A stretch of DNA of 40,000 bases from an uncultured Buttiauxella sp. (lineage in GTDB: Bacteria > Pseudomonadota > Gammaproteobacteria > Enterobacterales > Enterobacteriaceae). The notes under the pieces are model-generated. The model saw nothing but the letters and a program-made list of their open reading frames with translations, ran no database searches and was not told the DNA's origin. Shown piece after piece: positions 12,094 through 22,174 of this stretch (the first letter of the stretch is position 1; the number at the start of each line of letters is the position of its first letter). The stretch is from contig CAMLJN010000001.1 in the NCBI GenBank assembly GCA_946480445.1, positions 113,352-153,351 of the forward strand, written 5' to 3'. The translations under genes were made by a program, and so were the position numbers.

Positions 12094-12177
12094 CGGTGGA
12101 TGGCGCGATGCCTGTCCACCCGACAAAACAAGACGCTGCGATAGCGCAGGGCGGATAAGCGAAGCGTTATCCGCCGG
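12094..12177. repeat. pair of REP-like palindromes (BIME-like) inside the gcv operon, between gcvH and gcvP
   Basis: cggtggatggcgcgatgcctgtccacccg lies at 12094-12122 and gggcggataagcgaagcgttatccgccgg at 12149-12177. A small ctgcg/cgcag hairpin lies between them. Confidence 0.6.
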
Positions 12178-12185
12178 ATACGTTG

Positions 12186-12575
12186 TTACTCGTTTTCTAA
12201 CAGGGCTTCGTACGCGGCGGCGTCAAGCAGCCCCTCCAGCTCGGATTCGTCGCTGGCTTTGATTTTGAAAATCCAGCCGCCGGTGTAAGGCTCGCTGTTC
12301 ACCAGCTCAGGATTACCTTCCAGCTCGCTGTTCACGGCAATGATTTCACCGCTGATTGGCGCGTAGATATCGGACGCGGCCTTCACCGATTCCGCAACGG
12401 CGCAGTCGTCGCCGGTGCTAACGGTAGAGCCAACGTCTGGCAGATCCACAAATACCATGTCACCAAGCAGCTCCTGAGCGTGCTCGGTGATACCTACGGT
12501 GTAGGAACCGTCCGCTTCTTTACGCAGCCATTCGTGTTCTTTGCTGTATTTCAGTTCATTAGGCACATTGCTCAT
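12186..12575 (-). CDS. gcvH: glycine cleavage system H protein (lipoyl carrier)
   Basis: The 129-aa [23 protein letters not shown]... contains the lipoyl-lysine context ESVKAASD. Confidence 0.97.
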   Translation of the reverse strand: MSNVPNELKYSKEHEWLRKEADGSYTVGITEHAQELLGDMVFVDLPDVGSTVSTGDDCAVAESVKAASDIYAPISGEIIAVNSELEGNPELVNSEPYTGGWIFKIKASDESELEGLLDAAAYEALLENE

Positions 12576-12596
12576 TCTTGTTTCCTTCTTTGAAAT

Positions 12597-13694
12597 TTAC
12601 TGTGCGACGGGCTTACCGGCGCGAACAAAAACAGGTTTCGTCACTTTGACCGGCATTTCACGGTTACGGATCTGCACAATAGCGGTTTCGCCAATGCCTG
12701 CCGGTACGCGGGCCAGAGCGATGCTGTAGCCGAGCGTGGGTGAGAAGGTGCCGCTGGTGATAATGCCTTCGCAGGCGTTACCAGCGCTGTCAGTAAAACG
12801 AACGGGCAGCTCGTTACGTAATACGCCCTTGTCGGTCATGATCAGGCCGACCAGCTTTTCTGTTCCTTTTGCACGCTGCGCTTCAAGGGCATCACGGCCG
12901 ATAAAGTCGCGGTCTGCGGGTTCCCAGGCAATGGTCCAGCCCATGTTTGCCGCGAGCGGAGAAATCCCTTCGTCCATCTCCTGACCATACAAGTTCATGC
13001 CCGCTTCCAGACGCAGCGTATCGCGAGCACCCAAGCCGCATGGCTTGACGCCAGCTTCTACCAGATGTGCCCAGAACTCGGCGGCTTTCTCGTTCGGCAT
13101 GGCAATCTCATAACCCGCCTCTCCGGTATAGCCCGTGGTGGCAATAAATAAATCACCCGCCTGCACGCCAAAGAAAGGTTTCATGCCTGCCACCGCTTTG
13201 CGCTGCTCTTCGCTGAACAACGTCGCGGCTTTTGCCTGAGCTGTTGGCCCCTGCACGGCAATTAAAGAGAGATCGTCGCGGACGGTGACTTCAACCGCGA
13301 AGGGTTCCGCATGCTGGTTGATCCACTCAAGATCCTTTTCACGTGTGGCGGAGTTCACCACCAGGCGGAAGTAATCTTCAGTGAAGAAATAGATAATCAG
13401 GTCGTCGATAACGCCGCCGGACGCATTAAGCATGCCGGTATACAGGGCTTTGCCCGGCTGGGTGAGTTTGGCCACGTCGTTGGCGACCAGATAGCGCAGG
13501 AATTCGCGGGTGCGGCTGCCGTGTAAATCAACAATGGTCATATGGGAAACATCGAACATGCCTGCGTCAGTGCGTACCGCATGGTGTTCGTCAATCTGCG
13601 AGCCGTAGTGCAGCGGCATCATCCAGCCGTGGAAATCGACCATCCGCGCACCGCAGAGAGTGTGCTGTTCAAACAAAGGGGTCTGTTGAGCCAT
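12597..13694 (-). CDS. gcvT: aminomethyltransferase, glycine cleavage T protein
   Basis: The ATG at 13694 gives [33 protein letters not shown]..., 365 aa. Confidence 0.96.
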   Translation of the reverse strand: MAQQTPLFEQHTLCGARMVDFHGWMMPLHYGSQIDEHHAVRTDAGMFDVSHMTIVDLHGSRTREFLRYLVANDVAKLTQPGKALYTGMLNASGGVIDDLIIYFFTEDYFRLVVNSATREKDLEWINQHAEPFAVEVTVRDDLSLIAVQGPTAQAKAATLFSEEQRKAVAGMKPFFGVQAGDLFIATTGYTGEAGYEIAMPNEKAAEFWAHLVEAGVKPCGLGARDTLRLEAGMNLYGQEMDEGISPLAANMGWTIAWEPADRDFIGRDALEAQRAKGTEKLVGLIMTDKGVLRNELPVRFTDSAGNACEGIITSGTFSPTLGYSIALARVPAGIGETAIVQIRNREMPVKVTKPVFVRAGKPVAQ

Positions 13695-14078
13695 CTTTTC
13701 CTCTTTAACCATCAGGGGCAGAGCGCGTTGACGCCCTGCTGTCCGTCAGACGAAACCCGGCATCACCCTCTTTTTTAGGGCGACGCAAACGTTACCTTTC
13801 ATCTGAACTTACCACTGAAATGACGCGTAAACCATAAGGGGAAACCGGTCATTCCATTAGCTTATGACCAAAACCGGGGGTGCAGCATGCAGATTATTCG
13901 ACTACAAAAATGCGAGCTGATACGCATAAATCAGAAGTGTTGAACGAGGAATTTAGAGTTAGCTAACATTTACGACCATTTCAGAAACAAAATCACTACA
14001 TCACAAAAAACATGACATTAAAAAAAGTAATCCGAAATTGAGCGTGAGATTAGAATATTTCAAATGAGGCGGGGAGAG

Positions 14079-14101
14079 CCCTTCCCGCAAACCGGGAAGG
14101 G
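14079..14101 (-). terminator. hairpin downstream of ubiI
   Basis: cccttcccg-caaac-cgggaaggg forms a 9-bp stem 28 nt after the ubiI stop. No strong U-tract follows. Confidence 0.4.
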
Positions 14102-14128
14102 AAGTGTGATCGACTTAACGTTATTAAT

Positions 14129-15331
14129 TTAGCGCAGCCAGGAAGGCAGATCCTGCAAGCCCATAGCCTGACGCACCAGTTGGGATTTGACACCCGGCAG
14201 GGTATCGGCCAGCTTTAGCCCAACGTCACGCAGCAGCTTTTTCGCCGGGTTGCTGCCCGCAAACAGATCGCGGAAACCCTGCATACTCGCCAGCATCATC
14301 GCCGCACTGTGTTTACGGCTGCGCTCGTAGCGGCGCAGATATAAATACTGCCCGATGTCTTTCCCCTGACGATGCAGGCGGCGCACCTGATCGATCAGTT
14401 CAGCGGCGTCCATAAAGCCAAGGTTAACCCCCTGCCCTGCCAGCGGATGAATGGTATGCGCCGCATCGCCCACCAGTGCAAGGCGGTGGGCCGCAAAGTT
14501 ACGCGCATAGCGACCGGTCAGTGGGAAAACTTGTCTTTCACTCTCGGCCTGACACAGCCCAAGACGCAAATCAAAAGCAACGGAAAGCGCCTGATTAAAT
14601 TCTTCCGGGGTTGCATTCTGCATACGCTCTGCTTCCAGCGGTGGCAGCGACCAGACAATCGAGCAAAGGTGCGGGTCAGACAGCGGCAGGTAGGCAAGAA
14701 TGCCGTCGCCGTGGAAGACCTGACGCGCTACGCCCTCGTGCGGCTGCTCTGTGCGAATAGTTGCCACCAGCGCATGGTGTTTGTAATCCCAGAAGGTCAG
14801 AGGGATATCCGCCTGCTTGCGCAGCCAGGAATTTGCGCCGTCGGCCCCCACGACAAGGCGAGCCGTCAGCATCGCCCCATCCCTGAGGGTAATGAACGCT
14901 TCGTTCTCGCCCCAGGCAACCTGCTGCACTTCAGCGGGCGCCATCAGCGTAACGTCCGAGCACTGCTCTGCACGCTGCCAGAGCGCATGATGAATCACGG
15001 CGTTTTCGATGATATGCCCAAGGTGGCTGAACCCAAATTTTTGGTCATCAAAAGCAATTCTGCCGAAGCTGTCCCGCTCCCACACTTCCATGCCGTGATA
15101 GGCACAGGCACGCTGAGCGATGATATTTGGCCAGACGCCAAGATGGGCCAGCAGCTTCTCGCTGGCAGCGTTTATGGCCGAAACGCGCAGTGCCGGGGGG
15201 GCATCGACGGCCAGCGGCTGCGGAAGATGATGCTCTAACACCGCCACGCGCAGCCCACTCCCTTGCAGGCCGCAGGCCACAGCCAGGCCTACCATGCCGC
15301 CACCGACAATCGCCACATCAACGCTTTGCAA
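14129..15331 (-). CDS. ubiI: FAD-dependent 2-octaprenylphenol hydroxylase UbiI (VisC)
   Basis: The 400-aa ORF MQSVDVAIVGGGMVGLAVACGL... has the GxGxxG FAD motif. It lies downstream of ubiH as in E. coli. Confidence 0.95.
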   Translation of the reverse strand: MQSVDVAIVGGGMVGLAVACGLQGSGLRVAVLEHHLPQPLAVDAPPALRVSAINAASEKLLAHLGVWPNIIAQRACAYHGMEVWERDSFGRIAFDDQKFGFSHLGHIIENAVIHHALWQRAEQCSDVTLMAPAEVQQVAWGENEAFITLRDGAMLTARLVVGADGANSWLRKQADIPLTFWDYKHHALVATIRTEQPHEGVARQVFHGDGILAYLPLSDPHLCSIVWSLPPLEAERMQNATPEEFNQALSVAFDLRLGLCQAESERQVFPLTGRYARNFAAHRLALVGDAAHTIHPLAGQGVNLGFMDAAELIDQVRRLHRQGKDIGQYLYLRRYERSRKHSAAMMLASMQGFRDLFAGSNPAKKLLRDVGLKLADTLPGVKSQLVRQAMGLQDLPSWLR

Positions 15332-15343
15332 ATTGACTCTCCT

Positions 15344-16513
15344 TTAACGCGCAACCCAGCCAAGGGTACGCTGTGCCAGCACGTCTCGTGCCGGAGTAAA
15401 ATGTTCCATCGCCATCAGGCCCAGATTGCGTCCCACCACCAGCGGCGCCCAACGGTTGGCAAAAAGCTGCACCAGCCCGTCCGTTACGCCAATAGTAGCG
15501 GCTTTATCTGCGGCACGACGCCGTTGATATTCAGCCAGGACGGTATAGCTGCCCGGATCCTGCTGCGCACAGGCCAGAGATTCCGCAAGCGACATCACAT
15601 CGCGCAGGCCAAGATTAAAGCCTTGCCCGGCGATAGGGTGCAGCGTTTGCGCGGCATTGCCCACCAGAGCAAGGCGATGAGAGACAGGCTGCGAAGCGGT
15701 GGTTAATGCCAGGGGATAAACATGCCGTGCGCCTGCATGGGTGATACGCCCAAGCCGCCAGCCAAAAGCTCGCTGCAGTTCGTTGCAGAACTGTTCGTCA
15801 CTCCAGCCATTAATCTCGCTTTGCGCCTCCTGCGGATGACACCACACTAACGAACTGCGGCCATCGGACATAGGCAGCATGGCAAGCGGGCCAAACTCGG
15901 TAAAGCGTTCAAACGCCCGCCCGTTATGCGGTAAGGTGGTAGTGACGTTCGCAATCGCTGCGATCTGGCGATAATTCTCCTGCTGCCAGGTCATGCCACA
16001 CTGCGCGGCAAGCCCGGAGCGGGTGCCATCTGCGGCGACCAACAGTTTGCCTTCAAGCAGAGCACCGTCATCCAGCGTGACGCTCACTCCACCCTCTTCG
16101 CGAGTGAAAGAGACAACCCGTCGGGGGCAATGCAGCGTGACGCCAGGTGCTTTACGCAGTAAGGCAAACAGACGCTGGCCGACGTCGTGCAGCTCAATGA
16201 CCTGCCCCAGCGCGCTTATCTGGTAGTCTTCCGCTTCCAGCGTGACGAATCCCGCATGCCCGCGGTCGCTGACATGCACTGAAGTTATCGCCGTTGCACA
16301 GGATGAAATCGCCGGCCAGACGCCGATAGCCGTCAACTGCTGGCATGTACCCTGTGCCAGCGCAATAGCTCTGGCATCAAAGCCGGGATGGGCCGCAGAA
16401 TCAGGCGCTTTTGCTTCAATCAGATGTACCGGCAGCTTGCCGCCGGTCATGTGGGAGATAGCCAGCGCGAGCGTTGCGCCGGTCATGCCGCCGCCGACAA
16501 TAATCACGCTCAT
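15344..16513 (-). CDS. ubiH: 2-octaprenyl-6-methoxyphenol hydroxylase UbiH
   Basis: The 389-aa ORF begins MSVIIVGGGMTGATLALAIS.... Its start overlaps the pepP stop (ATGA, 16510-16513). Confidence 0.95.
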   Translation of the reverse strand: MSVIIVGGGMTGATLALAISHMTGGKLPVHLIEAKAPDSAAHPGFDARAIALAQGTCQQLTAIGVWPAISSCATAITSVHVSDRGHAGFVTLEAEDYQISALGQVIELHDVGQRLFALLRKAPGVTLHCPRRVVSFTREEGGVSVTLDDGALLEGKLLVAADGTRSGLAAQCGMTWQQENYRQIAAIANVTTTLPHNGRAFERFTEFGPLAMLPMSDGRSSLVWCHPQEAQSEINGWSDEQFCNELQRAFGWRLGRITHAGARHVYPLALTTASQPVSHRLALVGNAAQTLHPIAGQGFNLGLRDVMSLAESLACAQQDPGSYTVLAEYQRRRAADKAATIGVTDGLVQLFANRWAPLVVGRNLGLMAMEHFTPARDVLAQRTLGWVAR

Positions 16514-17829
16514 GACTGACGCGCCGCCGCCATCAGGGCTTCTATATCGTCTGCCGACTTCACCACGCTCGCCGTCAGGTTTTCGTTGCCTTCCGGGGTG
16601 ATAAGGATGTCATCCTCGATACGGATACCAATGCCGCGATACTGCGCCGGCACATCGGCATCCGGCGCAATGTACAGGCCCGGCTCAACGGTAATTACCA
16701 TACCCGGCTCCAGCACACGAGAACGATCCTGCCCGTAAACCCCGACGTCGTGCACATCCAGTCCCAGCCAGTGGCTCAGGCCGTGCATAAAGAAAGCCCG
16801 GTGCGCATTATCCGCTATCAGCCGATCCACCTCGCCTTTAAGAATACCGAGATTCACCAGCCCCTTGACCATTATGCGGATCACCTCGCCGGTGACTTCC
16901 TGCATGGAAGTCCCGGGGCGATAGAGCCGGAGAGCGGTTTCTAAAGACTCTAAAACGATATCGTAAATTTCTCGCTGCGCCGGGGAGAACTTGCCGTTCA
17001 CCGGGAACGTACGGGTGATATCCCCCGCATAACCTTTGTATTCGCAACCTGCATCAATCAGCACCAGGTCGCCATCCTGCATCTCACTTTCGTTTTCCGT
17101 GTAGTGCAGTATGCAGCCGTTTTCCCCGCTGCCAACAATGGTGTTGTAGGAGGGGAAACGTGCACCGTGGCGGCTGAACTCGTGAAGAATTTCCCCCTCA
17201 AGCTGATACTCGAACATACCCGGGCGACATTTTTCCATCGCGCGGGTATGCGCCAGCGCGCTTATCTCACCTGCACGACGCAGGACAGCAATCTCTTCTG
17301 CGGATTTGAACAGACGTTGCTCATGTACCCACGGTCGCCAGTCCGTCAGCGTTGCCGGAGCGAAAAGATTCTGGCGCGAACCGCGACGCAATTTGTCCAG
17401 CGCGGCAAAAACAATGCTGTCGGCGTAGTCATATTCGCCCTGAGCGTGATAGACAACGTCCAGACCGTTTAACAGCAGATGCAGCTGCTCGCCAATCTCA
17501 GAAAAGGCGAGAGCACGATCGACAGCCAGTTTTTCCGGTGCCGCCTCCTGCCCCAGACGACGCCCAAACCAGATTTCCGCCGTTTTATCCCGCAGCCGAT
17601 TGAACAACACGCTGTGGTTGTGAGTTTCGTCGCTTTTAATCAGCACCAAAACGGCTTCGGGTTCATTAAACCCGGTGAAGTACCAAAAATCGCTGTTTTG
17701 ACGATAAGGATACTCGCTGTCGGCGCTGCGCGTGGCCTCAGGAGCCGCAAAAATGAGGGCCGCGCTGGCTGGGGCCATTTTTGCCAGCAGAGCCTGGCGG
17801 CGGCGAAGAAATTCCTGCTGATTCATCAC
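16510..17829 (-). CDS. pepP: Xaa-Pro aminopeptidase (aminopeptidase P II)
   Basis: The 439-aa ORF is collinear with E. coli PepP (SADSEYPYRQNSDFWYFTGFNEPEAVLVLIKSD..., HGLSHWLGLDVHD). Confidence 0.96.
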   Translation of the reverse strand: MMNQQEFLRRRQALLAKMAPASAALIFAAPEATRSADSEYPYRQNSDFWYFTGFNEPEAVLVLIKSDETHNHSVLFNRLRDKTAEIWFGRRLGQEAAPEKLAVDRALAFSEIGEQLHLLLNGLDVVYHAQGEYDYADSIVFAALDKLRRGSRQNLFAPATLTDWRPWVHEQRLFKSAEEIAVLRRAGEISALAHTRAMEKCRPGMFEYQLEGEILHEFSRHGARFPSYNTIVGSGENGCILHYTENESEMQDGDLVLIDAGCEYKGYAGDITRTFPVNGKFSPAQREIYDIVLESLETALRLYRPGTSMQEVTGEVIRIMVKGLVNLGILKGEVDRLIADNAHRAFFMHGLSHWLGLDVHDVGVYGQDRSRVLEPGMVITVEPGLYIAPDADVPAQYRGIGIRIEDDILITPEGNENLTASVVKSADDIEALMAAARQS

Positions 17830-17850
17830 ACCTCCTGCAGCTTTTTATTC

Positions 17851-18429
17851 TTAGTGTAGCGTTGGCTTACGTACTTCCGGCGCGGTGGGAACCGGGCGGG
17901 TAAAGGTATCGTGGCACAGCAGCGCCGCGACGCGCACGTACTCGATAATCTCTTCAAGCGACATTTCCAGCTCTTCCTGATCTTCATCTTCGTCATAGCC
18001 AAGCTGGGCAATATTACGAAGATCGTCGATAGCTTCCCCGGTTTCACCGGTGACTTTATCAAGTTTAGGCTGGGTCACGCCCAGGCCCAGCAGGAAATGG
18101 TTAACCCAGCCAGCAAGCGCGTCGGCACGGTCAAAGACGGTGACTTCGTCTCCGTCCGGCAGATATAGCTGGAACAGGAAACCGTCGTCTTCCAGCGCGT
18201 CGCCCGTTGCGCTGTGCATATCGCGCAGGGTGTCGGCCAGGTTCTGGCTAAAGGCTAACCCTTCGTTGGTCAGGTCGTGCAGCAGCGGTTGCCAGCTGCT
18301 GTCTTTGTTGCCACCACACAGCATGCCACTGATTAAGCCGTGCATTTCCGCGGGGGTCAGCCCCACGCCTTGTTGGTTCAAAAGTTGGCTTACGGCGTCG
18401 TAGCCTGGCATAGCGTTCTGTATAGACAT
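17851..18429 (-). CDS. ygfB: UPF0149 family protein YgfB
   Basis: It is collinear with E. coli YgfB from MSIQN.... The ORF also offers an ATG two codons upstream, at 18435. Confidence 0.92.
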   Translation of the reverse strand: MSIQNAMPGYDAVSQLLNQQGVGLTPAEMHGLISGMLCGGNKDSSWQPLLHDLTNEGLAFSQNLADTLRDMHSATGDALEDDGFLFQLYLPDGDEVTVFDRADALAGWVNHFLLGLGVTQPKLDKVTGETGEAIDDLRNIAQLGYDEDEDQEELEMSLEEIIEYVRVAALLCHDTFTRPVPTAPEVRKPTLH

Positions 18430-18598
18430 GCGCATTCGTCATCGTTGGCAGGGATAGTTCATGTTATGCTACCACCAGGGACTCCGGGGCACCAGAAAAG
18501 GGCTTGTATCTTCATAACGGGGTAGCTATAGTGACGCCCCTTTCGTGGCCCGGTAACAGGTTTACGTAAGGCAGGCGAGTTAACAGCAGGAAGGTGGC

Positions 18599-18928
18599 AT
18601 GTCTGCACAACCAGTCGATATCCAAATTTTCGGTCGTTCATTGCGCGTGAATTGTCCGCCTGAACAACAGGATGCGCTGAATCAGGCTGCGGTTGAGCTG
18701 GATCAGCGGTTGCAAGATTTAAAAGTTCGCACTAGAGTCACAAATACTGAGCAGCTCGTTTTCATAGCAGCGCTGAATATTTGCTATGAATTAGCTCAGG
18801 AAAAATCGAAAACCCGTGACTATGCTGCTAACATGGAGCAGCGGATCAAAATGTTACAGCAGACCATTGAACAGGCGTTACTGGAACAGGGTCGCATAAC
18901 AGAAAGACAGGGTCCAAATTTTGAATAA
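18599..18928 (+). CDS. zapA: cell division protein ZapA
   Basis: The 109-aa [34 protein letters not shown]... is nearly identical to E. coli ZapA. Confidence 0.97.
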   Translation: MSAQPVDIQIFGRSLRVNCPPEQQDALNQAAVELDQRLQDLKVRTRVTNTEQLVFIAALNICYELAQEKSKTRDYAANMEQRIKMLQQTIEQALLEQGRITERQGPNFE

Positions 18929-18969
18929 CGCTTCCCAGTCGACTATGGTAGAGTGACTGGGAAGAAAAA

Positions 18970-19154
18970 ATTTCTCTGAGATGTTTGCAAGCGGGCCAGT
19001 CCCCTGAGCCGATATTTCATACCACAAGAATGTGGTGCTCCACCGTCGGTGAGCATGCTCGGTCCGTCCGAGAAGCCTGATGACAGTGACGCTGCATTCA
19101 CCTTGAACCAAGGGTTCAAGGGTTACAGCCTGCGGCGGCATCTCGGAGATTCCC
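18970..19154 (+). ncRNA. ssrS: 6S RNA
   Basis: atttctctgagatgtt.gcaagcgggccagtcccctgagccgatatttcataccacaagaatgtgg ... ggttacagcctgcggcggcatctcggagattccc matches the E. coli 6S RNA sequence I recall, apart from the central variable region. It sits in the conserved zapA-ssrS-fau context. Confidence 0.93.
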
Positions 19155-19176
19155 TCTTTCTACCCGGTCATCACGT

Positions 19177-19845
19177 ATGACATCTACATCACAAGCTTCA
19201 CCTGTCCCTCCCGTTTCCACACTTCGTAGCGAAATTCGCCAGACTATACGGCAGCGTCGTCGCGCCCTTACCGCCTCTGAACAGCAGCTTTTTGCCCAAC
19301 AGGCCGCGTCGCGTATGCTTGCCTATCCGCCGGTGCAAGAAGCGAACAGCGTCGCCGTGTTTTTATCTTTTGACGGGGAGCTGGATACCCGCCCGCTGAT
19401 TCAGGCTTTATGGCAGGCAGGAAAAACCGTTTATCTTCCGGTACTTCACCCTTTCAGCAAAGGCAACCTGCTGTTCCTGCGTTACGATCAACATAGCCCG
19501 CTGGTTATGAATCGTCTGAAAATTCTCGAGCCGCAGCTTGATGTTCGTAATGTGCTTGCGCTGGATAAACTCGATGTACTGATTACGCCGCTGGTGGCTT
19601 TCGATGAGCAGGGCCAGCGTTTAGGTATGGGCGGTGGATTTTACGATCGCACGCTACAGAACTGGCGGCAGCACAGGTTATGGCCGGTAGGTCTGGCGCA
19701 TGATTGTCAGCAGGTAACGGCATTGCCCGCCGAAGAGTGGGATATTCCCTTGCCCGCGGTTGTCACACCTTCGCGGATTTGGGCGTGGTCAGGCCCAACC
19801 TTCTCCCCCAGGAGAGAAGGTCAGGCTCAGGCAAACAATCAGTAA
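19177..19845 (+). CDS. fau: 5-formyltetrahydrofolate cyclo-ligase (YgfA/Fau), with N- and C-terminal extensions relative to E. coli
   Basis: The core IRQRRRALT...VFLSFDGELDT...GMGGGFYDRTL...WDIPLPAVVTPS matches YgfA. The only in-frame ATG/GTG/TTG upstream of the core is 19177. The C-terminus runs about 20 codons further and overlaps the serA stop. Confidence 0.85.
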   Translation: MTSTSQASPVPPVSTLRSEIRQTIRQRRRALTASEQQLFAQQAASRMLAYPPVQEANSVAVFLSFDGELDTRPLIQALWQAGKTVYLPVLHPFSKGNLLFLRYDQHSPLVMNRLKILEPQLDVRNVLALDKLDVLITPLVAFDEQGQRLGMGGGFYDRTLQNWRQHRLWPVGLAHDCQQVTALPAEEWDIPLPAVVTPSRIWAWSGPTFSPRREGQAQANNQ

Positions 19846-21077
19846 AGCAGACGCGCGCGGATAGTCCCCGGTACCCCTTTCATGGATTTCAGCGCCGCCT
19901 CTGCGACATCTTCTTCCGCATCAATATCAATCACCACGTAGCCCATCTGCGGCGTGGTTTGCAGGAACTGTGCGGCAATGTTGATGCCCTGGTCGGCAAA
20001 GATCTGGTTGAGCGCGGTCAGAATACCCGGGCGGTTTTCGTGAATGTGCAGCAGACGACTTGTGGTTCCGCCGTGCAGCGGCAGGGAAACTTCCGGGAAG
20101 TTCACCGCAGATAGCGTTGAGCCATTATCGGAGTATTTCGCCAGCTTGCCCGCCACTTCCAGACCGATATTTTCCTGCGCTTCCTGAGTGGAGCCGCCGA
20201 TATGTGGCGTCAGAATGACGTTATCAAATTCGCAAAGCGGTGAAGTGAAAGGATCGCTGTTGGTAGCAGGCTCCGTCGGGAAGACGTCGATTGCCGCCCC
20301 CGCCAGGTGTTTACGGGCCAGCGCATCACACAGGGCTGGAATATCCACCACGGTGCCGCGAGCGTCGTTAATCAGCAGTGAACCCGGCTTCATCAGCGCC
20401 AGTTCGTTGGCACCAATCATGTTTTTCGTGGAGGCGTTTTCAGGTACGTGCAGGCTGACCACGTCGCTCATATTCAGCAGGTCGGAAAGATGCTGCACCT
20501 GGGTTGCATTACCCAGCGGCAGTTTATTTTCGATATCGTAGAAGAAAACGTGCATGCCGAGCGCTTCAGCCAGGATGCCCAGCTGGGTGCCGATATGACC
20601 GTAACCTATGATACCCAGCTTTTTACCGCGAGCTTCAAAGGAGCCGACGGCCAGTTTATTCCATACGCCACGGTGCGCCTTTGCGTTCGCTTCCGGAACG
20701 CCACGCAGCAGCAGCAGCAGCTGGCCAATAACCAGCTCGGCTACGGAGCGCGTATTGGAGAAGGGAGCGTTAAAAACAGGCACACCGCGTTTGGCCGCCG
20801 CGTCCAGATCGACCTGGTTGGTGCCAATACAGAAACAGCCGATCGCCACCAGTTTTTCTGCCGCCGCCAGGACATCTTCGGTTAAGTGGGTGCGGGATCG
20901 TAAGCCGATGAAATGGGCATCGCGGATAGCATCCTTTAAGGCATCGCTATCCAGCGCGCCTTTGTGATACTCGATGTTGGTATAACCTGCCGCGCGAAGA
21001 TTCTCGACCGCTTTCTGGTGCACGCCTTCCACCAGCAGGAATTTAATTTTGTCTTTCTCCAGTGATACTTTTGCCAT
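19839..21077 (-). CDS. serA: D-3-phosphoglycerate dehydrogenase
   Basis: The 412-aa ORF MAKVSLEKDKIKFLLVEGVHQKA...TIRARLLY is collinear with E. coli SerA. Confidence 0.97.
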   Translation of the reverse strand: MAKVSLEKDKIKFLLVEGVHQKAVENLRAAGYTNIEYHKGALDSDALKDAIRDAHFIGLRSRTHLTEDVLAAAEKLVAIGCFCIGTNQVDLDAAAKRGVPVFNAPFSNTRSVAELVIGQLLLLLRGVPEANAKAHRGVWNKLAVGSFEARGKKLGIIGYGHIGTQLGILAEALGMHVFFYDIENKLPLGNATQVQHLSDLLNMSDVVSLHVPENASTKNMIGANELALMKPGSLLINDARGTVVDIPALCDALARKHLAGAAIDVFPTEPATNSDPFTSPLCEFDNVILTPHIGGSTQEAQENIGLEVAGKLAKYSDNGSTLSAVNFPEVSLPLHGGTTSRLLHIHENRPGILTALNQIFADQGINIAAQFLQTTPQMGYVVIDIDAEEDVAEAALKSMKGVPGTIRARLLY

Positions 21078-21262
21078 TTCCCGACCCTGTTTATCTGTTC
21101 TGCGTATAAGTTACCCTTCTGTCAAAATATCAAAATTTACGCCTTCGGCAATATAAACGATTGCGTTGCGGCGTAGCCGAAAAGGGCTAAAAAGGTTGGT
21201 GTTAGCACAAAATGCTGGACGGAAGAGAGAACCAGGAATGAATCACAGGCGCTTTACGAGAA

Positions 21263-21278
21263 TGTGACATATGTCACC
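21263..21278. promoter_or_regulatory. CRP-like site in the serA upstream region
   Basis: TGTGAcatatgTCACc matches TGTGA-N6-TCACA at 9 of 10 core positions. E. coli serA is known to have a CRP-activated promoter (P2). Confidence 0.45.
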
Positions 21279-21348
21279 AAAATTACCGTTAAAATAATTT
21301 GTCATTTTTTATACGGATTTTTGGGGCGCAGAAAGCGCCCCGCTCAGA

Positions 21349-22008
21349 TCATTTTACGATGGTTTTCACGCCGTCAGCCGTACCGATAAGCGCGACATCT
21401 GCGCCACGGTTGGCAAACAGCCCTACGGTAACCACGCCAGGCAGGCCGTTAATCGCGTTTTCCAGCGCGACAGGATCGATAATGCTCAGGCCATAAACAT
21501 CAAGAATGATGTTACCGTTATCGGTCACGACGCCCTGACGGTATTCCGGGCGGCCACCCAGCTTCACCAGTTCGCGCGCCACGCAGCTACGCGCCATCGG
21601 GATCACTTCAACCGGCAGCGGGAAGTTGCCCAGAATATCCACCTGCTTTGACGCATCCGCAATACAGATAAACTTATCGGCCACTGAAGCAATGATCTTT
21701 TCACGGGTAAGCGCCGCGCCGCCGCCTTTGATCATCTGCATCTGCCCGTTGATCTCATCCGCGCCGTCGACATAGATCCCGAGGGAATCAACTTCGTTAA
21801 GATCGTAGACGGTGATACCGAGGCTTTTCAGTTTGGCGGTGGAAGCGTCAGAGCTGGAGACTGCGCCATCAATCTGGTGTTTGATGGTGCCCAGAGCATC
21901 AATAAAGTGCGCTGCGGTCGATCCTGTACCCACGCCAACGATAGTGCCCGGCTGCACGTACTGGAGTGCTGCCCATCCGACTGCTTTTTTCAGTTCATCC
22001 TGCGTCAT
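21349..22008 (-). CDS. rpiA: ribose-5-phosphate isomerase A
   Basis: The ATG at 22008 gives [39 protein letters not shown]..., 219 aa as in E. coli. Confidence 0.97.
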   Translation of the reverse strand: MTQDELKKAVGWAALQYVQPGTIVGVGTGSTAAHFIDALGTIKHQIDGAVSSSDASTAKLKSLGITVYDLNEVDSLGIYVDGADEINGQMQMIKGGGAALTREKIIASVADKFICIADASKQVDILGNFPLPVEVIPMARSCVARELVKLGGRPEYRQGVVTDNGNIILDVYGLSIIDPVALENAINGLPGVVTVGLFANRGADVALIGTADGVKTIVK

Positions 22009-22174
22009 GGTTAGTTGCCTGTGCTGTGAAAACTGACGCGCATTATAAAGCATGCCCGACAGGATTGTCCCCGCGAATGGCTGAACTCATCCGATCTTTG
22101 TGGATTTGGTCTGGATTGGCGGCAAATTTATGTCATAGTGCTTGCACAATAAAAACAGGAGTCAGCAAACGACA

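Noticed and set aside
13695-14128. Glycine riboswitch upstream of gcvT (a GGGGAGAG string occurs at 14071)
   Set aside because: That string is on the wrong strand, about 380 nt from gcvT, and abuts the ubiI 3' hairpin. Enterobacterial gcvTHP is controlled by GcvA, GcvR, Lrp and PurR at a long AT-rich promoter, not by a riboswitch.
21323-21341. Hairpin ggggcgc-agaaa-gcgcccc just downstream of rpiA, considered as an intrinsic terminator
   Set aside because: On the rpiA strand it is followed by A5, not a U-tract, and on the plus strand the T5 precedes the stem. It is not a canonical terminator in either direction and is kept only as a possible stability element.
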